This document shows, one piece after another, positions 26,640 through 39,603 of a stretch of DNA of 64,000 nt. Origin of the DNA: Bigelowiella natans CCMP2755 (lineage: Eukaryota; Protista; Cercozoa); assembly GCA_000320545.1 (NCBI GenBank), contig ADNK01002953.1, positions 44,284 through 108,283 on the forward strand, read 5' to 3'. Every line of letters begins with the position of its first letter. The stretch's first letter is position 1. The translations under genes were made by a program, and so were the position numbers. A model generated the notes under the pieces. The model was not told the DNA's origin. It made no database searches and saw only the letters and a list, made by a program, of their open reading frames with translations.

Positions 26640-27996
26640 GCTAATAATATCTTAGGGGAAGATACAAGTTGTGGTTCATCAAACACTTGTTGGTCACGTG
26701 CAAGATCGTCAAACGGATAAGTTTAGCATTCATGAGCGGTTCCATGCTTGAGTACCGACTGATAGCTCGAGTAGCTGGTGAATGCTAAAACCTTTCTGAA
26801 GTACACGGACCTAGTAATTAAAGAAGGGGTTGCGGAGAAGGGTTGTGGGGGGGGGGGGATTTCATTCAGTCAACAATCCTCGCATTGAAAAATGCCTATC
26901 TCTGCTGCCATTAGCTGAAGCAAACTCACAGTATCGGATTAGATATGTCCTTCTTTTCATCATTGCTTTTCCATATTCATCTGCCCCCTCTTCGTGTTTC
27001 CCCCCAGCGAACGCAACCCCAACGAGTGGTACAAGGAGGTTGAGTGCTTCAATTTGCGGTTTGCTTTACCATATCGGGTACTATAAAAAATTATTTTTAA
27101 TAGTAGTGGTAGTAGTAATAGAAGTAGTAGTATATGCGCGTCTTATTGTACTGTTGTGGGATAACCAAAGCCGCCATTTCGCACTGCTGTGACTGTCATT
27201 GACGGTGCTATTGTGTGCGATCCATCTGCCTCGTCGTTGTGTTTCTTTCTTCCATTCTCATCTCCTGCCCCCCCCCTCCCACCCACCCTCCCCCAAACTC
27301 ACCTAACCTACATCTTAGGGGAGCTATAGGATTGAAGTCAACGTATCCGACAGCGAGACGGACATTGTACCATAACACCACACGATTGCTTGCACACACT
27401 TGATACGGAAGAGTGTATGGTCGCAGTTGTTCTGTCTTGCTTCCATCCCCCCCCCCCCCCCCACCAACGAGGCCACTGTTATTAAGTACCCTGCTATATT
27501 TCCAGGACTCGTATAAAAAGCTGGTATTTTCAATGAATGTCGATGTGGCCGAGGGCACTGCAGGGGTACAACAACCTAAATCAGCTATAAAGGGGGAGGG
27601 TTAAGAGGGTGAGGATGACGGGCAGGGGAGGGGGGGTGGGGATTAGTTGAAAGAACGCTCCTTTTGAGCCTCGCGAGGAATGAATGCCTTGGTACAACCT
27701 GGTTTTATTCAGATAACGTGAGAAGTGCGGCGGAACATTGGCTATACGGGTATATTATATAAAACTATATCACCATCTGCCTTGACCTTCCCAATAACCA
27801 TGTCCATGCTGCGATCATCACCTTCGTGTGCGCCTTCACCTCTTCTTCCTCCTCCTCCTCCCCCTCCTCAGGTTCATTCAGGCGAATGAGAAGCTGCGAT
27901 CCAAAGCTGCGATAGAGATGGTATTTAGACGAATAACGTATTGCATATACGCTCTAACACACTCATATTACAAATGTTCATCATGACTTTCCTTTA

Positions 27997-28043
<47 letters not shown>

Positions 28044-28507
28044 GTGTGTGTGTGTGTGTGGTACATGTATGTCCATCATGCACAGTAATAACTTGTTGCT
28101 ACTCTTTCAATAAAGGCGAGGAGAATGGTCATCAAACGGCCGAAAAGAGGCCTGATTCCCTTTGGGAAGAGCTTCCCAATCCAGATTACGACGCCTTACG
28201 AGGTTTCACTTTGTATCCTAGCCCTCCCGTCTCTCTCTCTCCCCGCGTAATTACTATTCTCCCATCGCATTCATCTTCTTTTGCCAGATTGAGTCGATTG
28301 TTGCTCTCACAAACGGAAAATGGGAGGTGCTGGGTCCATGCGAGGAGGACAGTAAGACAGAATTTAAACACACACACACACATGATATATATATATATAT
28401 TATATATATATATATATATATTGTGTGCTATGTATGCTGCTCATGCTCGCCTGGCATTTGGAGGTGATAAAAAGGCAGCAAGCCCCGCTACACATTGTAT
28501 TGCTGTG

Positions 28508-28551
<44 letters not shown>

Positions 28552-29784
28552 GTAGTTTGGCCCGAGGGAGTTACGTGCGTTCCCCTCTATTCCATTGGCT
28601 TCCACTATTTCCTCCTCCTCCTCCTCCTCCTCCTCCTCCTCCTCTCCTTTTCTAACTCTATCTACTTGTAGCCTTTTCACTCAAACATTATTGAAAACAA
28701 ACAGAGCATCACGACCAGAAGGTATTCGAAGACCGCGTCGTCATGAGCCAGTAAGATCAAGATTCTCCTCCGTATCCTATCAGTACTTCTTTGAATCTAT
28801 CAGTATCGTCGTTGTCATCGTCATTGCTTCGGTTTTGAAAAGTTGCGAGACGCAGATCTCTCACCAATAATGCGGCCACAACACAGGACTCCGGAATTGC
28901 AGCTTTACATGAAACTGCATGGGCGCTACTACAAGTTTGCTCAGTTTTGGTAATAATAACTGCTTTCCTCTCAAAAATTCAATGACTAATGCCTGTGCGT
29001 GTGTATATGTGTGTGGTATTGTCATTATTTATATCCAACAACATTAAATGGTGTTCATTCCTTTATCATCTCCTTTTTACTTCGCGGTTGGCTTCTTGGC
29101 GTGATAAGAACGTTAACAGTCGATCACAGCTGATTGCGCTTGACCTCTCTCCCTTCCCCTCTCCCGCAGTCCTGAAGAGTGGGACATGAAAGCTAAGCTT
29201 TCGGATAAGGTGTCGCTGGACGCTTACGGTTTTGCTTTCGAAGCCGGTAAATACCTCCTCACATCCTTTTTCGCCCAGTGAAGGGAGGGTGGAGGGAAGC
29301 GTCGGAGGGGGAAATATTGTCGTGGCTATATAATAGCGTTCAGAGTGTTGTGAACGTGTGGGGGACTGGGTGGAAATGTGCGTGTTTGCGATGGTGAGGG
29401 ATTGTGTATGGCAGAATTCCGCGTTGAAGAAATAAGGACTCTAACAACGGGGGCAGAGATCTATATCTCCTGTGGAAGCGGCGTGGAACTCGAAGTCCGG
29501 GCGTTCCATGGCTGGGATCAATTCACGAAGGTGATGGAAGAGGGAGGGGGGAAAGGGACGGAAGTCAGACAATTTGTAGGAGAACCAAGGCAGTAGCGTC
29601 GGCATTTATTGAGATTTCTGTGCACTAGGGTCATCATAACCTTCCTCCTCTCTTGCTTCCTCTCTCCCTCTCAGGCCTTCAATGACTTTAAAATTACCAA
29701 AATGGCAAATTCGGTACCGTTGGTACAGTGGTTGTTCTCCCCTTTCTACCCTTCTCTCACTCTCTCCCTCTAAAAATATGTGTG

Positions 29785-29820
<36 letters not shown>

Positions 29821-30206
29821 AATATATTATTATTACTATAATATTATATGCATGTTAATACATAATGTCTTTATTTCACCTTTAAGCATTCAGTAATATG
29901 TGATTTATGATTATAATGACAATGATTACGACAATGCTGATGATTATAATGAGAAATGCAAGCAATGATGAAATACCCATCCCTGCTAACCGTGTTCTGC
30001 TCAGGGTTCCAAGCAAAACTACATGATCCAATTCTCATTCAACATGGAAAAAAGATATATGGCGAATATCTACTCCTCTACAAAGAAGATCAAGGTAATA
30101 ACGAATATCTTAACTTCCCTTGGCCCGAGCATTTTTGTAGCTTCCTTTCTGACAGTGTATCTTTCAGGAGTTTAAATTCACGATGCGGTACCTTTTCGGT
30201 CGTTAA
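22592..30206 (+). CDS. KY/hillarin/CYK3-type transglutaminase-like domain plus C-terminal beta-rich domains, multi-exon; Ser at the expected catalytic Cys
   Basis: Exons 23490-23578, 23762-23819 and 24050-24122 join in frame to LEKAQAAYMWVTENVRFMDGKSSAAVDVNEIITRKIGNSLGIATLLKQVMDKLGIACMVIEGKSR. Later exons read LEWHLADASW (24742-24770), FFLQHPLHF, PLRYAEF and GSYRIEV. The last exon EFKFTMRYLFGR ends at TAA 30204-30206. Confidence 0.72.
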
Positions 30207-31316
30207 ATGGAATCGATCATTTACAGGGAGAAGTCGCTACGTCGATTAGCTAAAAGATTTGCGGCAGCAGCAGTGCGTCGCTAGCTGTGTACTACACATG
30301 CGTGTACGTATGCATAATGTGCTGTGATGCCTATGTTACATTAGCAGCGTTGGTTTTGTGCGATGACTTGCACTAGCTAGCTCTAAAGCTTGCATAGCGG
30401 CGCAAAAGCATCCTCGCTTGTGCACATCTGACACGTAGTGAGACGGATGGGTTTAATGAACAGTAAGTTAAATGTGTTCAATTGTCATCACGGTTTATTT
30501 TCACGCCCAATGTGCACGCATGTCACGCTTTTCTCATGAATTTAATAATGTGACGAGGCATTTATTGACACATGTCATCACACATATATCTAGATATGCT
30601 GGCCTACATGAGGATGACCATTCTAGCATTGAACAAATTTGATTGATCAATTACGCGTGCACCCTATAACCGTCTTACATGCAGCATATGCATGCTGCTG
30701 GCAAGCATGTGCTACACATTACAGCATGGACATAACTAGATAGGCTATGCTATGAGCATGCTCGCGATGTGCTACGACCGTATGCACATTGTAGCCTGCA
30801 TGTAGCTTGCTACATTATCCAATCCACATCTGTATTTCCATGCGAAACGATGTGTCTATTAATATGACGTGTGCGCGTGTACGTAGCGACGCGCAGCATG
30901 CTAGCAGCCGCATCGCATGTGATTAATAACTGCAAATCCAATGCGGCTGCTGCCGCCTCACTCTAGCACTCCCTCTATCATTTTAAATATATATCCATAG
31001 CACGGACAATTTCTATCGGTAACTACTTAATGTTTTTGTTTTTTTTAATGCAAAGCACATGATTTTATTTGCACATTTGTAGTTTCATATGTTCGTTTTC
31101 GATGACTGATTACATTGAGTTACGCAGATCTTTCTCAATAAATGCTGCATGTACATTATCTGTGGCAAACTTGCTGCTCTCTTATATTTCTCAACACAAG
31201 ACCAGAGGTGCTTTGGTTCTAGAAATTTATCTTGTCACATTTTTCTCTGACCGACCGGCGCTTCTAGCACGTGCTTGCTTTGAAAGGACTTGACTGATGA
31301 GATTGGACCATAGAGT

Positions 31317-31712
31317 TCAAATGTCCTCGAAATCGAAAACACAATCATCTTCTTCCTCCACTTTATCCCCTTGCACTTTCGCATAATTTGGAAGCTCGCC
31401 CTTAGCCTTCAGCGCACGTGCCTCGTCAGGGTTGTATTTATGGATCACGTCTGCCTTACCATCTTCATACTCACGAAGACCAACCAAAACAATATCTCCT
31501 TGTTTGACCCACACACGTTTCATCATCGTTCCTCGAATGATGCAAAGTCTAGTCTTCCCATCATAGCAAGCTCCGGTAAGTCGTCCCCCCCCCAGAAGCT
31601 TCTCAACACGTGCGTACTCTTGACCGTCTTCCTTCAACACTAACTCACGCTTGGTGGCGGTCTGCATACGTCGGGTACGACTCTTACGTTTTCCTCCTTT
31701 ATTCTTGGGCAT
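31317..31712 (-). CDS. eIF1A: Eukaryotic translation initiation factor 1A, intronless and divergent
   Basis: 131-aa ORF: MPKNKGG..KRELVLKEDGQEYARVEKLLGGGRL...DGKTRLCIIRG...VW...GDIVLVGLREYEDGKADVIHKYNPDEARALK..GELP, followed by an acidic tail. Confidence 0.95.
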   Translation of the reverse strand: MPKNKGGKRKSRTRRMQTATKRELVLKEDGQEYARVEKLLGGGRLTGACYDGKTRLCIIRGTMMKRVWVKQGDIVLVGLREYEDGKADVIHKYNPDEARALKAKGELPNYAKVQGDKVEEEDDCVFDFEDI

Positions 31713-32596
31713 GGCTGTTTTGTTACTTTACTACTTTTCTGTCTTGTGCTTCTTTCTGTTGTTTGAGTTTTGGGGCGGGCGGCGGGGGGAACTCCTGCCC
31801 GAGTCGATCAAGGATGTACAATAATTTATGTATACGACATGATATATAGGATGTCGCAGATTGCTTAATCTTGTTTGCTGCTTCCCAGTCGGCTGGGAGC
31901 TCGTAGCAGGTTGAAAGTTAAGACAAAAACAAAAGGGATTTTCAGGATTTTTTGTCCGAGCGGGTGCCTATTTGCTAATGAACGGACTGTGTTCTTGGCT
32001 ATCTTTTAAAACTCCGAGAAGCGGATCGCCATTTTTTGTTCGATTCCTCTCATATGACAAGTCGCAATCCGAATTCAGTCTAGAGCATGAAAAAGTAATA
32101 GTCCGAAGCTTGGGGGAGAGACGATACAAATTTCACCCATTTGTGGAACGCTCTCTGCGCCTGCTCCGTGGAGTGTTTCCAACGAAATCACCCAAGTTAC
32201 TTCCAGTAGTGAGAAATTTCGTGGAATCTCGGAGATTTAATCTTCGAAGGTTCCTTTTCAGATGCGGGCGCCTCTGCGACCTATTTTTTGCCCCAAATGC
32301 TTTTCCTTGGTACATTGCGACAAATCAGACCACTTTCCCGGAAACTTCATGAAATTTCTTCATCTGAGTTAGCTGCTTTTCACTGTGGCTCAATAGTCTC
32401 GTTTTCATACGGTATTTAACAGAGGGAAATCAAAGTTTCGGCGACTTGACCTTCTGGAAAACATCGATGATTCTACCTTTAAATTTGAACATGTTTCTGA
32501 TATTTATTCGAATATTTTATGCCTATTCAATTATCCGCTCACTCTTGCTTTCCACCAGACGTTGGTCAAAAGTCGACAAGTCGGCTGGCTGCAGAA

Positions 32597-33522
32597 ATGC
32601 CCAGCAGGAAAGAGAGGAGGAAGCGTACGGCTAAGAGGAAGGTAGTTCCTGAGTGTTTATATATTCCGACTAACCTCATGGCTGCACGGAGTATCTCTGC
32701 TGAGCGTATCTTTGCCGAGGTTAATGCAATCAAACACCATAGGAGGCTCAGCGGATTTCCGCCGAGCAGGCAAAGCTCTCAAAATACGAACGTGTTGTCC
32801 ACAAGTTTCTGGAAGGTTGTTTAGCAGCGAAGATCGATTGAGTAGTCGGAAAGCCATTAATCCTGCGCGTGTTTCGGGTGAAATAGGCGAGTATAGCAGG
32901 CTGCACGTTGTTGTGGCGCTCGAAGACGAAGCCGACACGATTACAGAGTCATTAACAGCCCTTCACGATGCAATCGGAGACCTGGTTAGTTGTCAAATCA
33001 AACAAGAAGTTTCTGGTTTTATTCCAGACGCCTTTATCAGCTCACTTCGTGGTTCTGTCCTCTTATTTATTCAGATTCTCGATAACGAGCCCGGGGTTGC
33101 TACAGCCCAGGTTCAATTTCATACTATGTACATGAGGGAACGAAAGGAAGGAGACGAAACTGAGGAGAATGGGGGGAATGACAAATAGACAAGGAGGATT
33201 AATATCTGTAGCTAACAGTCTGTATCATTTGTGTATTCGTTGTTCGTAAGGAATCAAAGGACTTATGTATGAGAATACTCGAGGAACTGACGGGAAAGGA
33301 TGCAGAGGAACTGGTGGACGACAGCTGCATTCATTACACACGAACATACAAAAAACCATGCGGAAGTATACGGCACCCATTGATTAATTTCCATTTGCAG
33401 GAGAAAGATGAAAAAGCAAATGAAAATAAAGAAAACAAAGAAGGTGCTGAACATGTGTTAGATATAATGGCTAATATTACGGAATAATACGATGATACGT
33501 GAAAGTTCTTTCTTTCTTTATC

Positions 33523-33585
<63 letters not shown>

Positions 33586-34891
33586 TTCTCTCTCTCTCTC
33601 CTTCCCCCCCCACCTGCCTTTCCTCTCTTACCCCACATCTCACCTTTATGTAGACGAGGAAGAAGAAGACGCAGAAGAAGATTATGCATCCAACTACGAT
33701 GCCGATTTCACGGAAGAGGTAGAACGAAATCCGTCCCTAGTGTGGCATACATAGACATTAATGGTGCTCGTGTTTGTATTCGACAGGAGATCAAAGCAAT
33801 TGAGAAAATGAAAAAGGAAGAGAGGGCAAAAGCGAAAGACGGATGCACGGTCAGTAAGTATTCAATCGTTCAGAGGCTATCGTTAGGAGAGGTGGGAAGG
33901 AGGACGGGGATGTCGACCGGATTCTCACCGCTGCCAATGAAGTTGTAAATCACCGCTCCTGAAATCCTTCGCTTGTGATTTGGTTCGCAGATGTGCAGTC
34001 GCCTCATGCCGTTGACTTGGCACCACTTAATACCCAAGACCACACACAGGAAGATGTCCCGCAACTACTCGTACAAAGAGATGGCAACAAGGGGAATTTG
34101 GTACAAAGCAGTAGCAGGAGTAAGCCGTAGCAGTAGCAGCAGTGTGAAAAGACGGTCACATCGGGCGAGAGAGGAATAGAGAAAAAAGTATGGGAAAATG
34201 AGGGGGGGAAATGGAGGAGACATCCCGACCTATGATTTAAATGTGGGGGGCTAGAGGAGTATTTACACACGCAAAAACTTTTACCCCGTCACTTATTAAC
34301 GCGTTTGACGGATAGTTGCTGTTGTTGCTCTCTAGGGTGTGCCGGCCTTGCCATAGCGCCATCCATCGGACACACGACAACATGGAATTAGGTAGTAAGC
34401 ACATGGAGGGAGCAAGAGGAGAGGGGGGGAAAGATGATCAGCTAATAAATTGAGCTTTGGTGTGTGGAGAGGGAATAAAACGATGATGATGACGATGATG
34501 ATGATGATGGTGGTGGTGGTGGTGGGAAGGAGGAGGATACAGAGATTACGAGAACGAACAATTGATGATAATGTCTGTTGGAATGATCTATACATAGCGG
34601 AGCATTTCAACACTGTTGAAGCGCTCGAAGAATGCCCGACTTTGCAGGTATACATTCCCTGTTTTTGGCCAAAAAGAAGGTGCTATGAGCATTACTGTGA
34701 GTTAGATTCGACACTCGCAGTGGTGCGTAGCTGAGAGCAGCCAGCTACAATTTGTTGTGTAGTTTTCTCCATCATCATTCTGCCTTGCCTTCAGTCTGCT
34801 GTCATTTTTACAGAAATGGGTAAAGTATGCAGCAAAGCAACGGCCTACTACTGTACAGGGAAAGCATGCAAAACTTAGATACAAGAAGTAA
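32597..34891 (+). CDS. HNH-like CxxC zinc-binding protein (acidic middle region, C-terminal HNH-type domain), multi-exon
   Basis: Spliced exons give ...DGCT|MCSRLMPLTWHHLIPKTTHRK...GIW|VCRPCHSAIHRTHDNMELA|EHFNTVEALEECPTLQ|KWVKYAAKQR...YKK*. This is a CxxC / LTxHHLIP / CRxCHxxIH signature. Confidence 0.75.
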
Positions 34892-35310
34892 ACACCATCG
34901 AAGATTCAATGTGCCATCATGCTTGCGCGTATCACGCGTGATCGATAGTTGCACTACCGGCATTCGGTCGATGCAAACTTTCAGTTATCGTGATGAAGAT
35001 CTTTCATCTATGTGGTAAAGGAAGTTTCTCACATAGTACGTTATTCTTATGATGCATGAGTATACTGCACGTTATGACTAATGATATCACCTTGCATATA
35101 ATCATGAAGGCTTTGTGTGTGCAACCTGTGCATGAAATTTGTTTGCAAAATTGAACAACAAAGGATGGCTTCATTACTCTAATACTGCCGCAGCATGCAC
35201 TTAGTATTCCTCAACTAGCGTGTTAGAAATTATATGACAGCGTTCATTACAAGTAGCGACGTCGAGCACAATGTGAGTGCCGTTGCAACCAACAATCATG
35301 GCGGCTTCGA

Positions 35311-37756
35311 TTAGGCGAACAGAACAAAATCTGCATCTTCGACGAGCATCTGCGAGAAGAAGTTCTGCACCTCCTCATCAGCCTCTTTTGCCACTATTCC
35401 GTTGGTGTAGCAAATGGTTTGATAGCTGGAGGGGTGTCAGGTGGTGGAGGGGGGCAGTAGGGCCTGTGGTCCATACGATATTGAGCGTAGACATCATGGT
35501 TATTGGGGGTCATTTCATACTTTTGGCAAGCATTCGGGTCCTGAGAGCAATGCGTAGTAATAATAACACCTCAGGAAGGCTAGGTGATCAAAGAAGAAAC
35601 TGATGAAACGGTTTGGGGGGGGGGGGGGGGGGGAAACAACAGCCCCTACCGGGATGCCACCGTAACCTTTCCTGGGCTCCCAAATATACCTACACGACGT
35701 ACGACATGAACCTCAGTCACCGAACACTTGTGCATGGCCGTCGGAGTAATCATGCCCACAAGTTCCTCGATAGAGGCTCCTGGGATCGCTCGCCATTTCA
35801 TTGCAGAAAGATTGCTCTCCCACATGCATGTGGGACTCATCAGTCAGCATTGCGTTATATTTTTGGAAAATTTGGGGATGGGGGGGGGGACGAGTCATCA
35901 ACGCTAATCACTACTCGGTGACGTATTTCTTCAGGTTGAGCTCCTCCCTTGGGCCGACTACTTCCCTGTAGTAGCTGCTTAAAATGCCCTGCTTGCTGTA
36001 GCTCTCGGCATTATCCTCTGCAATTTGTAGCAACCCAAAAAACATCAGGCAGTGCTTGAACATCTCTCCGAGCAGTCGTATCGAAGGGTGGGGCAGGATA
36101 GATGTCTCATTGATGCTGTGGTGCGTTGTACTACCGATGAAGCCGTGGTTGGTACCGCTATCGCCAATAATGCTTTTCACGTACCGAGCAGCAGCTGATG
36201 CCCGTTCTCCCAACCCAGAGAGCAAGGGACTGTTTTCAGGGAAAGATAACGAATGTATATGTTACGGATTGGAAACTAAAGATCTTCAAGATCTCATTAG
36301 CCTTCCCCTTTAATGCTTCGCCTAATCACCTTCCGCGCTCTTTGATGTGCATGAATTCGGGAGGAGGCAAGGTAGACGCGTATGGGAGAAGGGGGGGAGA
36401 TCTCCGTCGGCTAGCGTTTTCTAAGAAAGCAGCAGCATGGAAAACGAGGATGAAAGGGATACAAGTCATCTTGATAACAACGCAGAGAAAGCAGCAGAAG
36501 GAGGCAAAGGAATAGGGGCTATAGAGTAATAATCGAATATCGAATCGATGATCCTTCACACTCACCTGGCTCGTGCATAATGGCGTCATATATCTCTTCT
36601 CCAGTATCTACGAACTGAAAGTAGTGATGGGAAATGGAGAGATTTGTCATCACATCCGTATTTTCCGGGTAGGAGACGTGGAGCTAGGCTGGAGCGAAAC
36701 GTGAGGTGAGTGAAAAAATAGAGTATATTCATTCTCACATGATAAATACTCATCGCAGCGCCTTCTCGCGGAAGAATTTTTTTTTCAAGTTCTTGAAACT
36801 ACTAGCTATCATCACCTGTTCACCGACGTTTAGAAACCTGACTAAAGGCCGTTGGAGCTGCGGATAGAAGTTATTCACATTCACCTGGAAAGAGATAAAG
36901 ATGAATCTTTCCATAGCGATCATCGGCTTACTGGGCGTCAGGCGCGATTGGGCTAGTAAAAAAATTGACGACTCCGACCCAAAAAAACACAAAGTAGATC
37001 ATGTCTTCGCATCAAATTTGGATCCACGTTCCTTCCAGTTTTATTTAGTTTATCTTTATAAGAGAGAAAAATAGGAGCATTTATCCGCTGAAGTTGTCTA
37101 AGAAGAGTCTGAAGCAATGCATCATGCAAGTAATAAGCACCAAATTTTTCCTACCGCCATAAGTCCGTTCCTTCTTGCAAGGCTGAGAGCTATGGAGACG
37201 AGCATGGCGTGAAACATGGCTCTTCTAAATCTTTTCACCCATCTTCTCATCCAGCGAGGGCCCTGTGATTCAGATAAGGATAGTGGGGGGGGGGGCAAAT
37301 CAATTTTGACTCCTCACTGCGATGGGTACGTGATTGACACCGTTTGCGACATGCAGTACATTCTACATGTAGATCATCGCGCATTTTTTATCAGCACCAC
37401 ACGACCCCATGCTAGTTCGCAATCTATTAAATCCGAAGTATTTTCACGTTCCATACCCTATCTTCAATTCCAGCAACTCTTGTGAACCTCTTCCTTGAGT
37501 TGAGCTGCTTGTGGGCTGTGACTGCTCGAAGATCGTTTCTATTTGTCTCGTAGCGAGCGGGTAGAGGTGGTGATATGCTTTCTTGATTTCCCCTTAATGT
37601 ATCCTTTAGATTTGTACTTCTATTCTCCGAGAAATCAACCACAGAGTCTCCTTTGCTGCTGCTATATTCCCTTCCGCTAGACGCTCCATCGACCAATAAT
37701 GAGCAACAAAGGTGCGACAACAACAACAGAAGCAACAGGCGTCGAGCTTGCCGCAT
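35311..37756 (-). CDS. Hypothetical multi-exon protein with an N-terminal hydrophobic (signal-like) segment
   Basis: Exon-like blocks with GT-AG ends: MRQARRLLLLLLLSHLCCSLLVDG, LHVSYPENTDVMTNLSISHHYFQFVDTGEEIYDAIMHEP, the 35911-36225 frame, and a terminal YQTICYTNG...FVLFA*. The full splice path was not resolved and the gene may start nearer 38.3 kb. Confidence 0.4.
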
Positions 37757-38418
37757 TCCGAGAAACCTGCGTTTGTATATTTAAATGACAACGTTTCACA
37801 TGCAGGCTTCATAATGGATTCCATATCATCGACTGACGACGGGGGTGTCGCTGCAGCTTTTCTCCGACACATGACTCGGCCAAAGAAGCCCAGTCGCTCT
37901 CATGCTACGACTGATTGAAAACTCAACACCTCCCACCCATTCTCCAACGACTAGAGCCGAGAAATAAAGCGTTGTACCCACCACTAGCGTGCTGGCGATC
38001 CAATCTGAAAACCTTAACGCTGGGAGAGGGTCTCGGATGCCCACGTCTTCTCTTGGGGGGTTGACGGAAGATGATGCCGGGGATTTTCCCGCTATTATTC
38101 CCTGAAAAGCTCGTCAAACGGTAGTTTCGGCCTGCGATTTTGGGCTTTCCTTTGACGTCGGCTACCACTGACTGAGTGACTTCTTCTCTTTTTCCGCGTC
38201 GCAATTGGTGGAAAAAGCTGCGCTTTTCTGCGGCGACATCGCCAGTCGACAACATCCGTAATTATCATCCATTAATTACCTGCGACAATGATTCGGGAGC
38301 TTCTGATTCAGGAAAGGAACTCAAGGCCTTCTGAAGGGTCTTCGTAGCGGCGAGGATACAACGACGACGACGTCGACTGCCTGATCACACTCTGCCAAGA
38401 AACCCGGCCCTGCAAGTT

Positions 38419-39603
38419 ATGCCTGGCAGCATACTGTGGTGCTTTGTGCTGGGCTTATTTGTTGCACAGAATGGCGCAGCAGGAACACATTCCCTCCGCA
38501 GTAAGTCAAATACCCCACTCCGAACGCGATTCATCCATTCTGGAGCCGTGCTTGGCCGAGAGAATGCCAGACGGAGCTTGAATTGCAGGGGCAGTTGCGC
38601 ACGGAATATTGAGGGAATAATTCTGTTCTCTGTGCGCGAGTCGAGGCAGTCATCACTACGGTCAAAGCGGAGACGAGAGCAGCTGCGGGCTAATGGGCTC
38701 TTTGGACAGATTGAGAAACCGCGGATCATAGCACAAACCCTCAGGTACTTTTATTCGTACAATGAGCTTGGATAGTTACAAGTGCGTTGACATTTAGTGA
38801 GTAAATATGTGGAACAGAACATCAATCGCCACGCTATTGAACACCGTCGTCGACATCCCATTAATTGGGGAGGTGGAGGAACAGATTCTTTTCACAAAGG
38901 TCACCCATCGCTTTTAATTTCTTCGGATTTTTTACTAGAGTTCGATGTGTCAGAAGTCTAATGATAAAAAATTATATCGCGATAGATAGTAGACGTTGTG
39001 TCGGATCTCATTGAGGACTGGATGATCGAATCCATGGGGAATGGCGCGAATATCCTCGGTAAAAAAAACCCTCCGAGCAGACATTGAATTATGGAAAAAT
39101 TAATATAGTGCACCATTTTCATCAGGTGAGCTAGAGAGAATGGACCAGGTTCACAACGATAACTTCCAACTCAATCTAATACTACATTCACGAAGAACAT
39201 TATTTTCATTGCAGGCCAAGCTGGATGTATGGCGTGACAAAGTTGTAGACGATCTCAATGGAAAGATCGACTTACCCATCTTAAACGAGGACCAAGTAAG
39301 ACCCTTAAGGATTACTACAACTCTTGTCAAATATCCAACCTGATTTGGTTCAACTTACAGGAAGCGCCGATAATTCGTTTCATCGTAGACAAGTACTTGG
39401 ATTCGTCGCTCAAGGTGATATCCCTCGACGTCTTCTCCTCATTGAAGCGTTGTCGAAAATTAGTTTTGGTGAAAGGTTTATCCTATCGACACAGACACAA
39501 ATTCTTGATGGCTATTTTTTTCAGGGGGGATATGCATATTCTGGAGGCAGGAAAAAATTCCTAGGAATATTCTAGCTTCGGAGGAGCGAGCACCATATCC
39601 TAG
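38419..39603 (+). CDS. Hypothetical protein with a bipartite signal peptide plus transit-peptide-like leader and two D-x-P-x-x-x-E-x-x-E repeats
   Basis: Leader MPGSILWCFVLGLFVAQNGAAG is followed by an Arg/Ser-rich, acid-poor stretch. Spliced exons give VDIPLIGEVEEQILFTK..VD and IDLPILNEDQEAPIIRFIVD. Confidence 0.6.

Noticed and set aside
31972-32352. 126-aa plus ORF and 60-aa minus ORF between eIF1A and the HNH gene
   Set aside because: No recognisable motifs or consistent splice path; likely a divergent promoter/UTR region.
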